From NCBI GenBank assembly GCA_018649885.1, contig JABIHA010000056.1, positions 1 to 64,000 on the forward strand: a stretch of 64,000 nt of DNA. The letters run 5' to 3'. The notes beneath the pieces were generated by a model. The model was not told the DNA's origin. It made no database searches and worked only from the letters and a program-made list of their open reading frames with translations. The first letter of the stretch is position 1; each line of letters opens with the position of its first letter. Shown here in pieces: positions 59,263-64,000 of this stretch. A program made the position numbers and the translations under genes. The DNA comes from Bacteriovoracaceae bacterium (lineage in GTDB: Bacteria; Bdellovibrionota; Bacteriovoracia; Bacteriovoracales; Bacteriovoracaceae).

Positions 59263-59769
59263 ATGGATAAGAAATACCTTCAAGGTTCTCAAGTCAGAGT
59301 CGCAAGATTATCGCGCATCCTGGCAAAGGGAATTGATATTTTTATAGTGCTGCTTTTGAGCATGTTCTTTTACCCGCTGGGTCTTATCGCCTCTATTGTC
59401 TACATGTGTGTTTCTGACTCTCTCCAAGGTGGTCAGTCGGTGGGGAAGAAGTTTATTGGATTTTCAGTTGTTAGTTTAAAAGATGGAACTCCCTGTTCGT
59501 TAAAACAAAGCACCATTAGAAACCTTCCTTTTATAATTCCACTGGCCTTCGGGATTATCCCCCTCTGGGGCTGGGTATTTTCAATACTTCTAGGATTGCC
59601 GCTTGTGGGCTTTGAGTTCTATATGCTCTTTAAAATAGACTCAGGACATCGTCTTGGAGATGTCATGGCCGACACCACCGTCATTGCCAATGATCCAGCA
59701 TCGGCAAACTACAAAAAGAAAAAAGACAGTTGGTTTGAAGAAGAATCATCTTCTATTGCGAGCTTATGA
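59263..59769 (+). CDS. RDD-family membrane protein
   Basis: RILAKGID, GQSVGK, RN, RLGD..A.T.V. Confidence 0.85.
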   Translation: MDKKYLQGSQVRVARLSRILAKGIDIFIVLLLSMFFYPLGLIASIVYMCVSDSLQGGQSVGKKFIGFSVVSLKDGTPCSLKQSTIRNLPFIIPLAFGIIPLWGWVFSILLGLPLVGFEFYMLFKIDSGHRLGDVMADTTVIANDPASANYKKKKDSWFEEESSSIASL

Positions 59770-59813
59770 TTAATTCATTATTGTAGGCCAAGTTAAAAAC
59801 CAAGGTCTACTAT

Positions 59814-62504
59814 ATGCAGCACAAACGACTCATTGTCATAGATATTTCAAATTTCATCTTTCGGGCCTTTTTTGCCATTAGACCTCTTCATGCTCCAGAT
59901 GGAACTCCGGTTAATGCCGTCCAAGGTGTTTTGTCTATGCTAATGAAACTCTTTAGCGTCTATAAGCCAACTCATGTATTCATCGCAAGGGATTCAAAAG
60001 AAAAATCTTTTCGACATGAAATGTACAATGAATATAAGGCCCATAGAGATGCACCTCCCGAGGAGCTTATTCCTCAGTTTGCATTGATAGAAAAACTTAT
60101 TCAGCATCTAAGGGTGCCGGAGTTAATTTTTCCTGGTTATGAGGCTGACGATATTATTGGTTCTGCAGCTGTTCAATGGAAAGATGAATTTGACGAGGTT
60201 TATCTAGCTACAGGTGATAAAGACCTTATGCAATTTGTTGATGAAAAGGTGAAGATGCTAGACACAATGAAAGAAAAGCTTTTTGGTCCTCCAGAAGTTT
60301 TTGAAAAAATGGGAGTTCATCCCAATCAAATTGTGGATTACCTCTCTTTAGTAGGGGACTCTTCTGATAATATTCCCGGAATGAAGGGGGTCGGTGCCAA
60401 AGGTGCTGCAAAGCTTTTAGCTGAGTATGGGACTCTTGAAAAATGCATTGAAAATAAAACTGATTTTAAAAACAAAAGAGTTGTAAACGCTTTTGAAAAT
60501 CATGTTGATGATGCTCTACTGTCAAAAAAATTAGTCCAAATTGTAACTGATCTTGATTTAAAGAAAAGTAGTGATGATTTAAAATTTCATTTTTATCCAC
60601 ATCCAGAAGTGATCACATTTCTAAAAGATCTAGGAATGAATAGGATGGTTGAAAAGTTAGGGGATCTAGCTTTCAATGAATCTCAACTTGAAGAGGGAGA
60701 AGAGGCACCACAGGGCCAAGACCCAGCTGCAAATTGTGATATCCAGTTAATTAACGATGATAGCTTTGATGAATTTTACGGTGAGCTTTCTGCTCAAAAA
60801 ACAATTGCCTATTTTTCATATTATGACTTAGACAATGCAATGACTGCCAAGCTTGAGGCCATATCGGTTTCCTACAATGAGGGCATGGCGAGAGTTCTTC
60901 CCCTTCAGTTAGAGGAAAACAATCTGTCGGCTGATAATCGTAAGAAGCTTTTAGAGTTTATTTGGGGAAATAGTGAGCTGTGCTCTTATACCGTAAATGC
61001 AAAGTTCGATATGAAATACGCAGTTTCAAATGATCTTTCATATAACTGTGCATATGAAGATATGGGCCTTGGGCACTACGTATTTGAAAGTGGGAGTAAG
61101 CATGACATTGCCTCAATGAGTCTTAATGTCCTGGCAGAGGTATTGCCTCAAATACCCAAAGGTCAAAATATCAATTCACTTGAGGGGAGTGGGACCAGCA
61201 ATTATCTTGGACTCAGATCTCACGCCATTTTTAAATTGAAAGATGTAGTAAAAAAATCTCTTGAAGAAAATGATTTAGAAAAAGTCTACCGAGATATGGA
61301 ACTTCCGCTTTCAAGAGTGTTGGGAATGATGGAGCTTCATGGTGTTGGTTTAAACTGTGACTACTTAAAAAGTTTAGAAGAGAAATTCACCGACCAGTTG
61401 ATGGAGATTACATGTCAAATTGATGAAGCTAGTGGGGGAGAGAATGTAAATTTAAATTCACCCAAACAAGTTGGAGCTCTTTTATTTGAAAAACTGGATC
61501 TTCCAATTATCAAAAAAACTAAAACGGGGGCATCTACTGATGTAGAAGTACTAACTAAATTAGACCAGATGGGACTAAGTCCAATTCCGGGTTTAATTAT
61601 GAAATTTAGAGAACTCGATAAACTAGTATCCACTTATGTTAGTGCACTTCCTAAATTAATTAATCCCAATACAAAAAAAATTCACACCCATTTTAATCAA
61701 ACTGTAGCCGCCACAGGCCGACTTTCTTCCGATAGACCCAATCTACAAAATATCCCCATTAGAACCGAAAATGGACGCTTGATTAGGAAGGCCTTTGTTC
61801 CGAGCCCAGGGAATCTGCTAGTCTCAGCTGACTACTCACAAGTTGAACTGAGATTACTTGCCCACTTCTCGGAAGATCCAATAATGGTTGCTGCCTTTTT
61901 AAATGACGAAGATATTCACGCTCAAACAGCGGCTGAAGTATTTGAGGTAGAGCTCTCCAGTGTAACTAGGGAGCAACGATCAAGTGCCAAGGGTATTAAC
62001 TTTGGACTCATGTATGGACAATCCTCATTTGGACTTGCGGGGAGTCTGGGGATCTCTAGAAGGGATGCCAAAGATTATATTACAAATTACTTTTTAAAAT
62101 TCTCCCGTGTTAAGTCATATCTAGACGAACTTAAAGAAATTGCCTCAGAAAAAGGATACTCTGAAACCATGTTCGGACGAAAAAGATTTCTTCCCGATAT
62201 TAATTCAAGTAATCGCACAATTAAATCCATGGCCGAAAGACTGGCAATTAACAGCCCAATTCAAGGAACGGCTGCTGATATTATAAAAGTCGCGATGATT
62301 GGTATTGATAAGACACTTTCTGAAAAAAATATGAAATCAAAAATGATTTTACAAGTCCACGATGAACTGATTTTTGAAGTTGAGGAAAGTGAGCTCGATC
62401 TCATGCAGGCCATTATTAAAGATGGAATGGAAAATGCTGTCAAACTAAGAGTACCTCTTCGTGTAGATATGGGAATTGGCGTAAACTGGTACGACCTAAA
62501 ATAG
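59814..62504 (+). CDS. polA: DNA polymerase I
   Basis: 5'-3' exonuclease (FRAFFA, EADD, GDKD, GDSSDNIPG); polymerase TGRLSS..PNLQNIP, DYSQVELR, LQVHDEL. Confidence 0.97.
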   Translation: MQHKRLIVIDISNFIFRAFFAIRPLHAPDGTPVNAVQGVLSMLMKLFSVYKPTHVFIARDSKEKSFRHEMYNEYKAHRDAPPEELIPQFALIEKLIQHLRVPELIFPGYEADDIIGSAAVQWKDEFDEVYLATGDKDLMQFVDEKVKMLDTMKEKLFGPPEVFEKMGVHPNQIVDYLSLVGDSSDNIPGMKGVGAKGAAKLLAEYGTLEKCIENKTDFKNKRVVNAFENHVDDALLSKKLVQIVTDLDLKKSSDDLKFHFYPHPEVITFLKDLGMNRMVEKLGDLAFNESQLEEGEEAPQGQDPAANCDIQLINDDSFDEFYGELSAQKTIAYFSYYDLDNAMTAKLEAISVSYNEGMARVLPLQLEENNLSADNRKKLLEFIWGNSELCSYTVNAKFDMKYAVSNDLSYNCAYEDMGLGHYVFESGSKHDIASMSLNVLAEVLPQIPKGQNINSLEGSGTSNYLGLRSHAIFKLKDVVKKSLEENDLEKVYRDMELPLSRVLGMMELHGVGLNCDYLKSLEEKFTDQLMEITCQIDEASGGENVNLNSPKQVGALLFEKLDLPIIKKTKTGASTDVEVLTKLDQMGLSPIPGLIMKFRELDKLVSTYVSALPKLINPNTKKIHTHFNQTVAATGRLSSDRPNLQNIPIRTENGRLIRKAFVPSPGNLLVSADYSQVELRLLAHFSEDPIMVAAFLNDEDIHAQTAAEVFEVELSSVTREQRSSAKGINFGLMYGQSSFGLAGSLGISRRDAKDYITNYFLKFSRVKSYLDELKEIASEKGYSETMFGRKRFLPDINSSNRTIKSMAERLAINSPIQGTAADIIKVAMIGIDKTLSEKNMKSKMILQVHDELIFEVEESELDLMQAIIKDGMENAVKLRVPLRVDMGIGVNWYDLK

Positions 62505-62715
62505 GTTCTCTAATTCTAATTTTTCTTTAAGCTCACAAGTTTCAAAAAAAATTATTTAATTGGGACAGGTATTTTTGGCATATGGATTCAATAAATTGTA
62601 TTCACCCTTTCGAAAACTTCCTTGAAAACTCAGTAGCTTACACTTTCAGTCCATTTTAGCCTCAGAGCTCCGCTTTTATTCTTTATAATTAAGCAAAATA
62701 TAAGTATCGGACTAC

Positions 62716-62743
62716 TAAGGTAGACTAAAAAAGTTGACGATAG
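62716..62743 (+). promoter_or_regulatory. Candidate sigma28-type promoter
   Basis: TAAG-N16-GACGATAG, same geometry as the 21342 candidate. Confidence 0.3.
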
Positions 62744-62808
62744 GTTAAGCTCTGGAGGAATAGAAAATTAAAGCAATTTGGCTCGATATATTCAAGAATT
62801 ATCTCAAG

Positions 62809-64000
62809 ATGCTCAGAGTGTTTTTTCTATTTTTTGTTTTCGGTTCTTTTTTAGGTTATTCCACGAGCTATGCCAGTGAAGCATGTCGAAATCCCATTAA
62901 ATGGAAACCAGCCTTTCATGCCTCAACAGGTTGGCTGATGGATAAACTTATTCGTCACGTGCGAGGAGATGAAGGTGGGGGACTAAAGGAATTTAATCCC
63001 GCTTGTAGATATGTCTTGGCGAAAATGGCCACTGCTGAAGTGGAAAGACAGCTAAGAGTGCAAAAAGTTAATCGAAAATATCCACCAGATGAATACTTTG
63101 ACACTGAAATGACTTGCCAGCAAAGAAGAGAAACTGAGGGAACAGTAAAAACCTTATGGATTAAACATAAGGCAAAGCTTACTTTGAAAGAAGCCTGTCC
63201 CCATGAGTGGAAGTTAGACGAACAATATCGACAATTAAAAGATGCTGCCTTGGTGGCAATGAAAGATGCAACTGAAGGTGATTCATCACTCGCTAATAAA
63301 AGTATAAAAGCGAAGGGATGCAAGCTAATAGATGACCAATATGAGATATATCCATTGTATGATTGCCGACTTGATTGTGCTTCATCTGACTGGTGTACCG
63401 AAACAAGAGGGGCGGTTACAGTCAATCCAGATGGCTCAGAGACAGGAGTCGATGAAAGAGTGGCTGAGATTGTGGTTGAACAAACAACTAGTGTTGAGGA
63501 AGGCGATTTAACAGCGGCAGTAACCGCTTGTAATAAAAAAGGGCCAGAAATCGTGGCCATGGGAACATTCGACTTTTGTAGTGGTGAAACATTAGAAATT
63601 ATGGCCGACCATTACGGATGTACTGACCCCAATCAAAGCAACTCTGTTATTGGGCAAATGGGTTACTTCAATGGAAGTGACTTGGATGCAGAAACCAAAG
63701 AAATGTATCATTATGTAAAAAAATTCATGCTAGACAAGGCTTGGAAAAATACACCTCTTCAGATTAGATCTATAGTTCTTAATAATAGAAAGTGCAATGG
63801 CATAATAGGAGATGACCCACTATTGAACTCTTCTCGAGTTCCTGACCCCTACGAAATGTCTCTGGAAGATTTTGAACATGAAATAGAGTTTATTCCCTAC
63901 CTGGAGGAAATTTGCACCAGCTCTCCCAAAGAGCCCTTCCCTTTTTCTGAACCGGGAAGAAAAGAATTCTTTAAATATTTAAGAGCGCAAGATCCTCACT
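62809..64000 (+). CDS. Secreted Cys-containing hypothetical protein, runs off the window end
   Basis: Not in the ORF track; manual translation MLRVFFLFFVFGSFLGYSTSYA-SEACRNP... stays open to 64000. Confidence 0.8.
   Translation, partial: MLRVFFLFFVFGSFLGYSTSYASEACRNPIKWKPAFHASTGWLMDKLIRHVRGDEGGGLKEFNPACRYVLAKMATAEVERQLRVQKVNRKYPPDEYFDTEMTCQQRRETEGTVKTLWIKHKAKLTLKEACPHEWKLDEQYRQLKDAALVAMKDATEGDSSLANKSIKAKGCKLIDDQYEIYPLYDCRLDCASSDWCTETRGAVTVNPDGSETGVDERVAEIVVEQTTSVEEGDLTAAVTACNKKGPEIVAMGTFDFCSGETLEIMADHYGCTDPNQSNSVIGQMGYFNGSDLDAETKEMYHYVKKFMLDKAWKNTPLQIRSIVLNNRKCNGIIGDDPLLNSSRVPDPYEMSLEDFEHEIEFIPYLEEICTSSPKEPFPFSEPGRKEFFKYLRAQDPH

Noticed and set aside
60750..61300. PolA proofreading domain lacks the Exo I D-x-E residues
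   Set aside because: Inactive 3'-5' exonuclease domains are common in bacterial Pol I
62575..62592. TTGGC-N7-TTCA sigma54-like site
   Set aside because: Lacks the conserved -12 GC
62955..63560. 201-aa minus-strand ORF
   Set aside because: Antisense to the longer signal-peptide ORF starting at 62809

Overview
AT-rich bacterial chromosome segment whose gene content (Bd0055-type histone, Agl-Glt gliding genes, AddAB, many secreted hypothetical proteins) suggests a Bdellovibrionota predator, probably Bacteriovoracia-like. This assignment is inferred, not proven. Most of the window is housekeeping or metabolic: Leu dehydrogenase, fused branched-chain 2-oxoacid dehydrogenase E1, hisC, fabI, hemJ, hisS, fadF, addAB, gmhA, trxA and polA. 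I found no rRNA, tRNA, CRISPR array or transposase. Highlights: (1) a bacterial histone-fold protein with a 37-aa Lys/Arg/Thr-rich N-terminal tail (320-607); (2) two paralogous, signal-peptide-bearing proteins with atypical kinase (PI3K/PI4K/HipA-like) motifs (49679-56342), lying between the glt track genes and the oppositely oriented aglRQS motor genes; (3) a 170-bp palindromic element whose eight in-stem mismatches all read as G-U on the minus strand (7337-7506); (4) a hexamer-phased repeat region between convergent genes; (5) two apparent pseudo-enzymes and several low-complexity secreted proteins. All family assignments come from motif recognition by eye; no searches were run.
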